Shown: one piece after another, positions 1 to 11,941 of the stretch
Position numbering within the stretch: the first letter of the stretch is position 1
Layout: each line of letters begins with the position of its first letter
Assembly (NCBI RefSeq): GCF_039654945.1
Contig: NW_027361788.1
Span: forward strand, 42,718,001-42,782,000
DNA length: 64,000 bases
Origin: Dendrobates tinctorius
Taxonomy: Eukaryota
Direction: 5' to 3'
Program-made: the position numbers and the translations under genes
Notes under the pieces: model-generated
What the model was told of the DNA's origin: nothing
Seen by the model: only the letters and a program-made list of their open reading frames with translations
The model's database searches: none

Positions 1-109
1 ACATGGCATAGCATTAATTCCAATTTTTTTTTTCAATACGTTCGGAGTTAAAAAGATATTGACTATGTTAACCTTTTTTATATTTTGTCAGATATGTACT
101 GTATGTTTC

Positions 110-740
110 ACAACTTCCATGCTCTTCACCTTCTTTTGTACTTCTCCCACACTTTCTCCTTCATGATCCGCAGCAGTAGCATTTTTTTCATCAACTTTTT
201 CTTCACCTTATTCTTCATCTTCTCCCCATTAATTTTTTTTTCCATTCTTCATATTCTTCTTATTCAGCTATTATTAATTTTAATATGCTATTTCTTCATC
301 TTCTTCCTATTCTTCTTTGTCTTCATTTTCTTATGGTGACAGGCATTCCTGTAGTACTTATCTATAAAAGTTATAAGATTACACCTTACGTTCTGCCTGT
401 CACAAAAGATTTACAACAGGATTTGTCCGCGTTCAGTTTGGCCTGCAGCAGCAGGCATTTTCCAGGGGCACCACGAGGAGGAACGGACTCACCCCCATTT
501 ACTGCTTAGTCTTCTTCTGCTTATAATTTTGATTTCTTCTATGCTGATTTTTAGTCTTATGCTTAATGTTCTTCTGCTTTCTGTTCTTCTGCTTTTGCTT
601 CTTCTGCCTCTTGTTCTTCTGTCTTTTGTTCTGTATCTTGGTGGTTGTCTTCATGTTCTTTGTCCTCTTGGTCTTATTATTTAGGGTCATATTTCTGGTC
701 TTCTTTGGTGTGGTCTTCAGGGTCGTCATCATCAGGGTCG
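110..740. repeat. TTC/CTT-rich low-complexity tracts
   Basis: Runs of ttc/ctt; these explain the Phe/Leu- and Lys-rich spurious ORFs. Confidence 0.7.
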
Positions 741-799
741 TCGTCATAGAGATCAATAAGGATTACCAAAGACAATTTCAAAAAGCTTGATCTTGGAAA

Positions 800-2345
800 T
801 GTAGCAGAAGGTACAAGAAGGCTGAGAAACTGGCGAGAACCAGCAGACAGTGCTGGCACCCGGATGGGTAGCAGAATTAACAAGAGCCAATGGCACTACC
901 GAGGACCAACTGACGGTGCTGGACCACGGTTACTAAGCAGAAGGTACCTGTGCTAAAAAGCACTACCAAGGACCAGCTGACGGTGCTGGACCTCGGATAC
1001 CGAGATGGAGGCACCTAGGCCAAAGGCTGTGGCGAGAACCAGCAGACAGTGCTGGCACCCGGATGGGTAGCAGAAGGAACAAGAGCCAATGGCACTACCG
1101 AGGACCAACTGACGGTGCTGGACCACGGTTACTAAGCAGAAGGTACCTGTGCTAAAAAGCACTACCAAGGACCAGCTGACGGTGCTGGACCTCGGATACC
1201 GAGATGGAGGCACCTAGGCCAAAGGCTGTGGCGAGAACCAGCAGACAGTGCTGGCACCCGGATGGGTAGCAGAAGGAACAAGAGCCAATGGCACTACCGA
1301 GGACCAACTGACGGTGCTGGACCACGGTTACTAAGCAGAAGGTACCTGTGCTAAAAAGCACTACCAAGGACCAGCTGACGGTGCTGGACTTCGGATACCG
1401 AGATGGAGGCACCTAGGCCAAAGGCTCTGGCGAGAACCAGCAGACAGTGCTGGAACCCGGGTGGGTAGCAGAAGGTACCCATTCAAAGCAAAGTAGCCAG
1501 GCTGCAAGCCGGCCGCAGTTACCGAAACCCACAGTCCTACAGGGGGTCCATGTCCATTGGCACTACGGATCCAGCCTTCAGTGCCAGTTCTCGCAGCCCA
1601 CATAGGAGTCACCTAAACTGCAGGCACCGTAGAGTCGGCTAACCCGGCAGCAAGATGACAGGACAACGGATTGGTGGCATAGTGACCTTGACACTACCCG
1701 GAAACAGCAGGCGTGCTGAAAACAGGCTGGGCAACAGGGAGTACCCGTGCCAAAGACACTGCCGAGAACCAGCTGACGGTGCTGGAACCCAGATGGGTAG
1801 CAAAAGCTACAAGAGCCAATGGCACTACCGAGGACCAACTGACGGTGCTGGACCACGGTTACTAAGCAGAAGGTACCTGTGCTAAAAAGCACTACCAAGG
1901 ACCAGCTGACGGTGCTGGACTTCGGATACCGAGATGGAGGCACATAGGCCAAAGGCTCTAGCGAGAACCAGCAGGCAGTGCTGGAACCCAGGTGGGTAGC
2001 AGAAGGTACCCATTCAAAGCAAAGTAGCCAGGCCGCAAGCCGGCCGCAGTTGCCGAAACCCACAGTCCTACAGGGGGTCCATGTCCCATTGGCACTACGG
2101 ATCCAGCCTTCAGTGCCAGTTCCCGCAGCCCACATAGGAGTCACCTAAACTGCAGGCACCGTAGAGTCGGCTAACCCGGCCGCAAGACGACAGGACAACG
2201 GATTGGTGGCATAGTGACCTTGACACTACCCGGAAACAGCAGGCGTGCTGGAACCAGGCTGGGCAACAGGGAGTCCCCGTGCCAAAGACACTGCCGAGCA
2301 CCAACTGGCGTTGTTGGAGCCCAGGGACAATCATGGTGTAGGCCG
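800..2345. repeat. Hierarchical tandem array: ~66-bp monomer, 199-bp trimer, ~530-bp higher-order duplication
   Basis: Core GAGGACCAGCTGACGGTGCTGGA recurs every ~66 bp. Near-identical 199-bp blocks give identical ORFs at 953-1213 and 1152-1412. 1440-1790 is repeated at about 1975-2320. Confidence 0.9.
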
Positions 2346-2358
2346 AGGCCTACTTGGT

Positions 2359-2631
2359 TATATAGGAAGGAGAGAAGTCCGGCTTTCAGGATCGCGCTTT
2401 GGACTGAACTTTGGACTGGAACAGCGCGATCCTGAAAGCCGGACTTCTCTCCTTCCTATATATGCAATTCTAGTGACCGGCTGATTGCTGCAGTTCATCG
2501 GATCCTACCCATTTGTGCTTATGGTTGTTGTGTTCCACACAACTGAACCAGGTGAGTGGATCCATATCTGTGAAACGTTTATATCATTGGATAAGACCCT
2601 ATTGTGCGCTTCTGTCTCCCCCTTTTTTTAT
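2359..2631 (+). mobile_element. Short fold-back insertion (Penelope-like architecture) with 14-bp TSD
   Basis: TSD GAGGCCTACTTGGT at 2345-2358 and 2632-2645. Perfect 40-bp inverted repeat at 2359-2398/2423-2462, followed by a unique tail containing CAGGTGAG. Confidence 0.7.
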
Positions 2632-2645
2632 GAGGCCTACTTGGT

Positions 2646-4570
2646 GGCAGTTTTTGATTGTTTGTAGGCTACAACAGACTGTCAACGTGCTCCAATTAGG
2701 CATCTGTCTCTACTCTGTTTCCAGGATTTCACGTGACCACCAACACCGCCAGTTTATGCGTACAGCAGCCGTCTGCCCAATCCACACGTGTTCCTGGGTT
2801 ACTGGGGTTCTGTAATGTCAGCAGATCCCCTGATGTGTGTCTGCCACTGTCTCCTGCTCTATCCACATTCCCACCCCACTTTCACATGAACGAGTGTGTT
2901 TTTCTGTGTGGACAGCACTTCCGAGCACCAACTGGCGTTGTTGGAGCCCAGGGACAATCATGGTGCAGGCCGAGGCCTACTAGGAGCCAGGTGTAAAGCT
3001 GAGGTATTTTGACTTTGGAGGGAGCAGGACACTTTGCCATACACACAGCAGGGGATCAGCCGACGTTACCGACCCCCACTTTCACATGAACAAGTGTTTT
3101 TTTCTGTGTGGACAGCACTTCCGAGCAACAACTGACGATGTTGGAGCCCAGGGATAGTCATTTTGTAGGCTGAGGCCTACTTGGAGGCAGTTTAAGATCA
3201 GACGTTGTTTGAATTTGGAGTCAGCAGCAGTTTGCCCTCCACACAGCAGGGGATCAGCTGACGTTACCGACCCCCACTTTCACATGAACGAGTGTGTTTT
3301 TCTGTGTGCACAGCACTTCCGAGCACCAACTAGCGTTGTTGGAACCCAGGGACAATCAGGGTGCAGGCCGAGGCCTACTAGGAGCCAGGTGTAAAGCTGA
3401 GGTATTTTGACTTTGGAGGGAGCAGGACACTTTGCCCTCCACACAGCAGGGGATCAGCCGACGTTACCGACCCCCACTTTCACATGAACGAGTGTGTTTT
3501 TCTGTGTGGACAGCACTTCCGAGCAACAACTGACGATGTTGGAGCCCAGGGATAGCCATTTTGTAGGCTGAGGCCAACTTGGAGGCAGTTTAAGATAAGA
3601 CGTTGTTTGAATTTGGAGGCAGCAGCAGTTTGCCGTACACACAGCAGGGGATCAGCTGACGTTACCGAACCCCACTTACACATGAGCGAGTGTTTTGTCT
3701 CTGCGCACAGCACTTCTGAGCCCAACTGGCGGTGTCGGAGCCCAGGGAAAATCAGGTAGTAGGCCGAGGCCTACTTGGTGGCAGTTTGCGATAGTAGTAG
3801 TCTAGAAACAATCTGTCAACATACTCCAATTAGGCCTCTGTCTTCACTCTGTTTCGAGTATTTCCTCTGGCTTCCAACCACGCCAGTTGCTGCTCTGAAA
3901 TGCCGTCTGCACAACCCACACTTGTTCCTGTGTTACTGGGGTTCTGTTACAGCAGCTTCTCCCTAGAGGTGAGTCAGGCAATGTCTCCTGCTCTGTCAAC
4001 ATTTCCACTACAAGTAGTGGGAATGTAGACAAAGCAGGAGACATTGCCGTGCTCACCTCTGGAGATGAGCAGATGTTACAGGACCCAGGTAACACAGGAA
4101 CAAGTGTGGATTGTGCAGACGGCACTTGAGAGCAGAAACAGGCGGTGTTGTAGGCCGGAGGAAATACTCAAAACAGAGTGGAGACAGAGGGCAAATCAGA
4201 GAACATATTAAATCAGAGGTAGTCAGAAGTTGTAGGCAGCAGGAGAGTTTGCCGTACACACAGCAGGGGATCAGCTGACGTTACCGAACCCCACTTACAC
4301 ATGAGCGAGTGTTTTGTCTGTGCGCACAGCACTTCTGAGCACCAACTGGCGGTGTCGGAGCCCAGGGAAAATCAGGTAGTAGGCCGAGGCCTACTTGGAG
4401 CCAGGTGTAAATCTGAGGTTGTTTGACTGTGGAGGGAGCAGGACACTTTGCCATACACACAGCTGGGGATCAGCTGACGTTACCGAACCCCACTTACACA
4501 TGAGCGAGTGTTTTGTCTGTGCGGACAGCACTTCTGAGCAACAACGGGCGTTGCTGTAGCCCAGGAAATA
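2646..4570. repeat. ~197-bp tandem array with inverted units and a ~360-bp imperfect palindrome
   Basis: CACACAGCAGGGGATCAGCTGACGTTACCGA repeats at ~197-bp period. Inverted units at ~2690-2875 and ~3835-4011. Palindrome centred on CCACTACAAGTAGTGG (4005-4020). Confidence 0.85.
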
Positions 4571-4632
4571 AAGTTCAGGTCATAGAAACATGAACACAAC
4601 AGGAGACATGGATCCTGTTGCCAGCCAATTAT

Positions 4633-7600
4633 TTATTCTGGAAGAGGACTGGCAAATTCAGGTGAGATCCAGGCCTTGTTCATTTTCACAAAAGTAAGCC
4701 GGTCAACATTATCGGCGGATAGTCGCGTGCGACGGTCTGTTACCACACCACCTGCAGCACTAAAGACACGTTCCGATAATACGCTGGCAGCAGAGCAAGC
4801 CAGCACCTCCAATGCATACTGGCTAAGCTCTGGCCATGTATCCAGCTTAGAGACCCAATACTTGAACGGGGAAGAGCCGTCTGGGAGAACACTAACAGGG
4901 CACGACAAGTAGTCTGTCACCATCTGACGGAAACGTTGCCTCCTGCTGACTGGAGCCGTCTGTGATGGTGTAGCCGTTTGTGGCGGTCCCACAAAACTTT
5001 TCCACATTTGGGCCATACTGGCCTTGCCTTGTCCTGTGGCACTGCTTCTGCTACCTCTTTGTGCAGAGCTTCCTCCACTGCCTCTACCCACATGGCTGCT
5101 TTGAAAAGCACTACCAGCAACACTTGCGGGGGGAATGGAGAACATGATGGCCTGCACAAGTGTTTCTTGGTACTCCCGCATTTTTCGCTCCCGGTTCAAC
5201 TGTGGTATGAGGCTTTGTAAGTTGTCCCGGTAGCGAGGATCTAGGAGGGTGTACACCCAATAATCAGCCGTGTGGAGAATGTTGGCGATGCGGCGGTCAT
5301 TTAACAAGCACTGCAGCATGAAATCAACCATGTGCTGCAGACTGCCAACTGGACCGGAAACGCTGTCCCCAGCTTGAGGCAGCATCTCTGCCTGCTCAGC
5401 ATCACCCCACCCTCGCTGTACACACTGACTACTAGAGCCTTGTGTACCTCCCTCCTCTGGAGAGATGTGTTCCTCCTCCTCCATTGACTCCTCGTCATCC
5501 TCCTCACTAAGTGTCCCCTGCCTGGGCCTTTGTGTGGAAGCACGTTGCGCAGATTTGCCAGAAGCAGATGGCATTTCTGACTGCTCATCCTCGACCTCTT
5601 CAAAAACCTCCTCACTTAGTGCTTGTAAGGTTTTTTGAAGCAGACAGATGAGGGGGACAGTCATGCTGATTAGTGCATCATCTGCACTGGCCATCCGCGT
5701 GGAGTCATCGAAGGCACGCAAAACTTGGCAGATGTCCCTCATAGTGGCCCACTCAGTGGTGGTGAAGTGTGTCCGGCGCACAGTGCGACTTGTTTGCGCC
5801 TGATGCAGCTGGTACTCCATTACTGCTTCCTGCTGCTCACACAACCGCTCCAACATATGTAACGTAGAATTCCACCTGGTGGGGAGGTCACATATGATGC
5901 GATGTTCTGGCAGGCGGAATCGTCGTTGCAGAGATGCAATGCGCGATCTTGCCATGCTGGAACGCCGCAAGTGAGCACTCTAGGCGAACCTTGTGCAGCA
6001 GTGCATCAAGATCCGGATAGTCCCTCAGAAAGCTCTGCACGACCAAATTGAGCACATGTGCCAGACATGGTATGTGAGTGAGGTTGCCTAGGCCCAGAGC
6101 TGCCACTAGATTTCGGCCATTGTCACTCACTACCAAACCTGGCTGGAGATTCGCTGGCACAAACCACACATCGCTCTCCTGCTTGATGGCATTCCAGAGC
6201 TCCTGTGCTGTGTGGCTCCGATTCCCCAAAGAAATTAATTTAAGGACGGCCTGTTGACGTTTGGCCACACCTGTGCTCATATCTGGCCTAACAGGCTCAC
6301 GCAGTGCTGATTCCGAGGAACTAGAGTAGGAGGAGGACTCAATATGTACAGACTGCATTCCTGCAATCCTTGGAGTTGGCAGAATACGTACAGAGCCACT
6401 CTCCAGATCTGTACCCGGCTCCACAACATTGACCCAATGGGCAGTGAGGGAAAGGTATCGTCCCTGTCCATGGCTACTGGTCCACGCATCGGTGGTCAGG
6501 TGGACCTTGCTACTGACGGCATTTAGTAGCGCATTTTTAATTTTTCCCTCCACGTGCTTTTAAAGGGCAGGGACGGCTTGCCTGCTGAAATAAAAGCGGC
6601 TGGGCACATTGTATTGTGGAACTGCCAATGACATAAAGTTCCCGAAGGTGTCAGTCTCCACCAGCCTGAATGACAGCATCTCAAGGGCCAGTAGTTTGGC
6701 AATGCCGGCATTCAGAGCCAGTGCTCGGGGATGGTTTGCCGAGTATGGCCGCTTTTTCTCCCATGCCTGTGCTACCGATTGCTGGTGAGTGGCCTGGGAG
6801 TGTGATGACTGCGAACGTGGTTCAGTGGGTGGAATTTCACTGGGTCTCTGGACAACAGTGGCAGTGGTTCTTCCATGGCGTTCCAGTGAGGAAGCCGAAC
6901 CAGCTGTGTGTGAGCTGGAGGAAGAGGCCCCAACACGAGCTGAAGAGGTGGTAGGTGCTGCTGAAGGTTGGCCTACATCTTCAGTGTGTCTGTGTAACTC
7001 CACCTCGTGCTTGGTACGCACATGTTTCCACATATTTGTGGTATTGAGGTTGCTCACATTTTTCCCTCGTTTCACTTTCTGATGACACAGCTTGCATTTG
7101 ACAAAGCAAATGTCATCTGCAACTGTGTCAAAAAAAGACCACGCACTGGAAGTCCTGGGAGCGCCCGTTTTGTGTTTTGGAAGAGGATTGCTCCTCACGG
7201 GTGCCAAAGTGGAGGCTACAGGCAACCAAGTCTGCCCCCGCCCTCTCCCTCCTCTTTTCGCCGTTCGGGGAATCTCTTCCTCAGAGCTGCTCCCACCACC
7301 TTCCTGTGGCTGACGCCATGATGGGTCAAGGACCTCATCATCTCCACTCCCCTCTTCAAGCACCGGCTGGTCCTGGGTTGTCTCGCCAGCACCGTACAAA
7401 CCAGAAATTGGCAACCGAGTCTCATCATCAGATGAGCACTGAGGTGTGCTGACAATAGGCACTGGCCCACCCGCCTCTTCAGATTCAGAGGGACAAAGCA
7501 GTTGCGCATCACTGCATACTCCCTCTTCTTCACGCTCTAGAATGCTGCTTGGCTGGCCACCTCTTTCCAAGCCAACAGATTCTGAGAACAGAAGTAAAGA

Positions 7601-7963
7601 TTGAGATGGCTCCTGTCCAGGGCTCTCAGACTGCCTGGGCAATTTGGCAGGTGGTGAAGAGACAGATGGTTGCTCTTCAGTGCTCTGGCCTTGGGAGGAT
7701 GCGGAAGTCATTGAAGTGGATGCGTTAGCTGCCATCCATCCGACAACGGCTTCAATTTGTTCGTCACGCAGCAGTGGGGTACGGCGAGGTCCTACAAAGC
7801 TGCGCATGAAGGACTGTTGCCTGGTAAAAGTGGGGGATGCCGGGTCACTGGTGGCCGCAGCAGACACCGAATCCCCACGTCCTCTCCCTGCTGAATCCCC
7901 CCGTCCTCTCACTGCTGAAACTCCACGGCCACGACCACGTGCCTTACTCCCTGCCTTCTTCAT
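4633..7963 (-). pseudogene. hAT transposase (ZBED4-like, ~1110 aa) with one in-frame stop and one frameshift
   Basis: RG-rich N-terminus; BED finger (SAWSFF...CKLC...MWKHVRTKH); catalytic D (LTTDAWTS), D (VVSDNG), E (LSERVFS); CLAH motif; TRWNS; C-terminal dimerisation region. ORFs 6560-8032 and 5888-6553 share a frame separated by TAA at 6560-6562; frameshift near 5975. Splice acceptor lies just upstream of the ATG at 7963. Confidence 0.92.
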
Positions 7964-9228
7964 CTTGGTAGACTGATAAAGATAGGCAGAAAAGTAAAAA
8001 AGAGGTGGCTTAGTGTTCTTATTCCTGAACACCTGCTAACCAGTATAAGAAACACTAATTTGGCTAAGAGTGTGTGTACTACACTTTAATATGATCTAAT
8101 GTGGCCTAGACAACTGTAAAGTGGAGTGTTTGGTGAACTTTATTTCCTTTTTTTTTGGGGGGGGGGAAAGAAAAGGATGTGACCAAAGTTTGAAAGCTAT
8201 AGTATCACAAACTTTTTGGAGCGATTACAATGCAGGAAGCTAACCTACAATGCAATTGATGAGGCTCCAAAAAATAGGGTGATACTAGTCTGGCTGGCCC
8301 TGAAGGGCACAAGCCAGCAAAAAGGCTCCTCTATCTAATCCTATATAGTGTTTGCAACCAACCAATGACAATGGATGCGGTTGGAAGCACACTAATATAG
8401 GAGCAAAAATCTGGCTAAATTAGCTGCAAAAAAAGGACTATGTAGGAGGCAGTGACGCACGCTGAGCAGACTACAACCAGCGGTGGCTGTAGAACACACT
8501 GCAACGTGAGCTGCACTCACACACAGAGAGACCTATCAGACAGCCAAAAACAGTGCAGAGAAATGGGCTATAGCACTGAAAGGCTGCTGAAAGGCTCCGC
8601 TGTCCACTCCTTTAGTGTTTGCAACCAACGTATATGGATACGTATGGAAGCACACTATACAGGAGAAAAAAAAAGCAGCAATAAAAGAAAAATGTGTATG
8701 AGGCAGAGACACACGCTGGGCGGCCTACAAGCAGACGTGCCTGCAGGACACACTACACAGCGTGGGTCTGCACTCACACAGCCCTTGCAGACAGCTGTCA
8801 ACACTGCTGCTAGGCAAAAGAAAGCTACAGTGGTGGTTTATGTAGCCTGGATAAAGCACAATATTGTTTTTAGAATCGCTATTTCTAACTGTCCCTCACA
8901 GTCTTCAACAGCAGCCTGTCCCTAACTGTATTCACAGCAGAGTGACCAGAAATGGCAGCTGCAGCGGTTTTTATAGTGCATCATGACATCATTTCAGCAG
9001 CCAATCACAGCCATGCCAGTAGTTAACATGCCTACATGCCTAACAGGATGTGCCCACACTTCTGAGGATCCCCATTGGCTGAATCAAATCGAGCGGGCTC
9101 CTAGCATTTTGGGAACTTCCGATTCCGGTATTCGATATGAAAAAAGTATCGGAACTAAGTATCGGAATTCCGATACAGCTAATATCGGCCGATACCCGAT
9201 ACTTGCGGTATCGGAATGCTCAACACTA

Positions 9229-11147
9229 TTAAGGACTGTTGGGAGGGCGACTCTAAAACTGCGGGCATGTCGGTGGTTGAATATGTACTGAAGCTCAGAG
9301 AAAGAATGCAAAAACTAAAGCAACCTGGCCCATGAGAACGTGACCCAGGCTCAAATCAACCAAGTGGTCTGGTGGTATGACTGTAATGCCAGATTGAGGG
9401 TCTACGAGGAGGGGTAGAAGGTTTGGGTGTTGGTCCCTATGCTACAGAATAAATTACAGGCCGCATGGGAGGGACCATACACTGTACATAAGTGGCTAAA
9501 TGATGTTAATTATGTGGTGACCCTAGATGAGCATGCAAAGCGTCAGAAAGTATTCCATGTAAATATGTTGAAGGCTCATCACGACAGGGAGGCCTGTGTC
9601 TTACCTGTCTGTAGCCTGCCTGAAGAGGGGGAGGATGATCCGTTACTACAGTAGATGTGATGGCTGGGACTCAGTATATGGAGTCCCTGGAGTCAGCAGC
9701 GTTTAACCCTGAGCTATCCCACAGTCAGAGGTCTGAGCTGATGGGGGTGCTCAGCAAGTTCACAGAAGTCTTCACAGGGAAGCCTGGGAGGACTCACTTA
9801 GCGACTCATCATGTAGACACTGGTACCAATCCCCCAGTAAAACAGTCTACATACCAGTTGTCAGCAGAGGTGAAGGCACACATGAAGGAACAGGTAGAGG
9901 AGATGCTGAACCTGAAGGTAATACAAAAATCCCAGAGTGCCTGGGTCTCGTCAGTAGTTCTTGTCCTGAAAAAGGACCATACTACCCAGTTCTGTGTAGA
10001 CTATAGAAAATTAAATCTACTGACTACATGTGAGGTCTACCCCATGCCGAGGATAGACAAGCTGTTAGAGCAGCTAACTAATGCATTGTACCTCACTATC
10101 ATGGACTTAAGTAGGGGATATTGGCAGATACCCCTGACCAAAGAAACTCAGGAGAGGTCTGCGTTTATAACGCCATTCGGGCTGTTTGAGTTTCTAGTGA
10201 TGCCATTTAGTATGAAAAATGCCCCTGCCACCTTCCAGAGGTTGGTTAATCACTTATTGGAAGGATTTGATGGTTTTGCCGTTGCTTATCTTGATGATAT
10301 AGCCATTTTCAGTAATTCTTGGGAGGAACACCTTGTACACCTTTCTCAGGTGTTGCAAAGGCTTAACACTGCAGGTCTTACTAAGTCAAGGAAGTGTCAG
10401 GTAGCCATTCGTGAAGTACAATACCTCGGACACTGGGTGGGGGGAGGCCGGCTAAAACCTGAGCCAGAGAAGGTAGAAGCCATTACTGGCCCACCCCACA
10501 AACCAAGAAGCAGGTACTGTCCTTCCTGGGTACGGCTGGCTACTATTGGAGGTTTGTACCAAACTACAGCGCTCTGGCCAAGCCGTTAAGTGATCTGACC
10601 AGGAGGAAGCTTCCCCAGATTGTTTCCTGGACTCCTCAGTGTGAGGAATCATTTTCTGCCTTAAAGTCAGCATTGGTTAGCTCACCAGTCCTTCAGGCCC
10701 CAGTCGCAGGTTTGTAGTGCAGACAGACACCAGCACCTATGGGCTAGGTGCAGTTCTCAGACAGGTGAACCTGCAAGGTGAGAAGCACCCAATTCTCTAC
10801 CTATCAGGAAACTTCTACCCAGAGAAGTGGCTTATGCCACCATTGAAATGGAATGTTTGGCAATTGTGTGGGCTCTGCAGAAACTGCAACCATACCTCTA
10901 TGGGCGCAACTTCACCGTGATAACAGATCATAACCCACTGAGTTGGCTCAACAGTGTAGTTGGGGACAACAGGAAATTGCTTAGATGTAGCCTGATATTA
11001 CAGCAATATGATTTCACAATTTAACAAAAGAAAGGAGTCGATCATGGCAATGCTAATGGCCTGTCTCGCCAAGGTGGGGCGGAACCAGATACGCGCTCAG
11101 GAGCTGACCTGTAAGTCAACCCCCATGCACATTCATAAGGAGGGAGG
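9229..11147 (+). mobile_element. Degenerate Gypsy LTR retrotransposon pol with integrase C-terminus upstream of RT and RNase H (Gmr1-type order)
   Basis: Integrase C-terminal motif KLQAAWEGPY...HVNMLK (9427-9654). RT motifs CVDYRKLN, MDLSRGYWQ, MPFSMKNAPATFQR, YLDD (9657-10480). RNase H motifs QTDTSTYGLGAVL, ECLAIVWAL, TDHNPL (10717-11060). PPT AAGGAGGGAGG just before the LTR. Stops and frameshifts present. Confidence 0.9.
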
Positions 11148-11941
11148 TGTAGTGAAATATGTATATGTATGGATGTATGACCAGCAGTAAATTAACATCT
11201 GTCCTTAGACTGCAGCGCTCCACACCTTCCAGCACTTTTGAAGAGAGATGCCAGTTGAAGAATGACACTGAGAAAGGTTACACAAAGAGTTAAAGAGAAA
11301 AATAATGTATTCATTGGTAAAATAACAATGGTCCAGTCACAAACCAGCAATTAGAATATTAACATGAGAGGCTGACAACCTGATCCCTGAGTAAATCTAT
11401 AAATTAGGTCTACACCCCAAAAAAAAAAAAAAAGAAAAAAAGGGTTCACATGTGAGGGCAGCATGGACAGCTGGTGTGCTCCATTTCATATTTCCCCCTC
11501 CCTAAGGGACAAAGTACCAAACTGCAAAGTTCGATATTTCTGTAAGTTTTCTCCCTCTTATTTTATCACTGTTTTTGCATAATTGTATGTCACTTTTTAT
11601 TTCCATTTTTATAACCTTATATTGTAAGCACTGTACCTTTTATATTAAAGCTTAAAACTTTAATAAGTCTGAACCTTGTTGATCTAAACAATCCATAGCC
11701 TTAGAGTGTCTGCTCCTGGTGATTGGCACATAGTAGTAGTAGTACTTCTGGGACTCATCGCCCATGTGTTCGGTGAGTGGTGGCAGCGTGTATGAGCGGG
11801 GTGCGTGGTCTGTGTCGGGGTGTGATTTATGCTCCCACTGCAGCATAGAACAGAGGTTGAATGCTGGACTGAGTTAGAGGAGATAGATTAACCCTTGCAG
11901 GCGCAACCCCAAGTCACGTGCAGAGAAGCGGGTACGTGACA
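11148..11941 (+). mobile_element. LTR of the Gypsy element, followed by a tRNA-Leu-like PBS
   Basis: Starts TGT directly after the PPT and ends GTGACA. TGGTGACAGCGGTGGGAT at 11945-11962 matches the complement of a tRNA-Leu 3' end with one mismatch. Confidence 0.75.

Larger units (their letters stand above)
1..9228 (-). mobile_element. Large hAT DNA transposon (BED-finger type); other end lies beyond the window start
   Basis: Terminus TAGTGTTGAGCATTCCGATACCGCAAGTATCGG (minus strand, ends 9228) with clustered subterminal CCGATAC/GTATCGG motifs at 9119-9215. Contains a hAT transposase and directly abuts Gypsy pol at 9229. Extension to position 1 is inferred because no second TIR is seen. Confidence 0.75.

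Noticed and set aside
85-790. Hydrophobic and Lys-rich small ORFs
   Set aside because: Translations of TTC-rich low-complexity DNA.
880-1450. Repeat protein or LRR-like reading (DQLTVLDLGY, 22-aa period)
   Set aside because: Each 199-bp unit has in-frame TAG and TAA and shifts frame, with no splice or start support. Decayed coding ancestry cannot be fully excluded.
800-2345. CRISPR-like array (hairpin core every ~66 bp)
   Set aside because: The intervening segments are homologous to each other and repeat in trimers, there are no cas genes, and the context is vertebrate.
4633-7963. Domesticated host gene ZBED4
   Set aside because: Has a transposon terminus, a single BED finger, a stop and a frameshift, and sits inside a Gypsy element.
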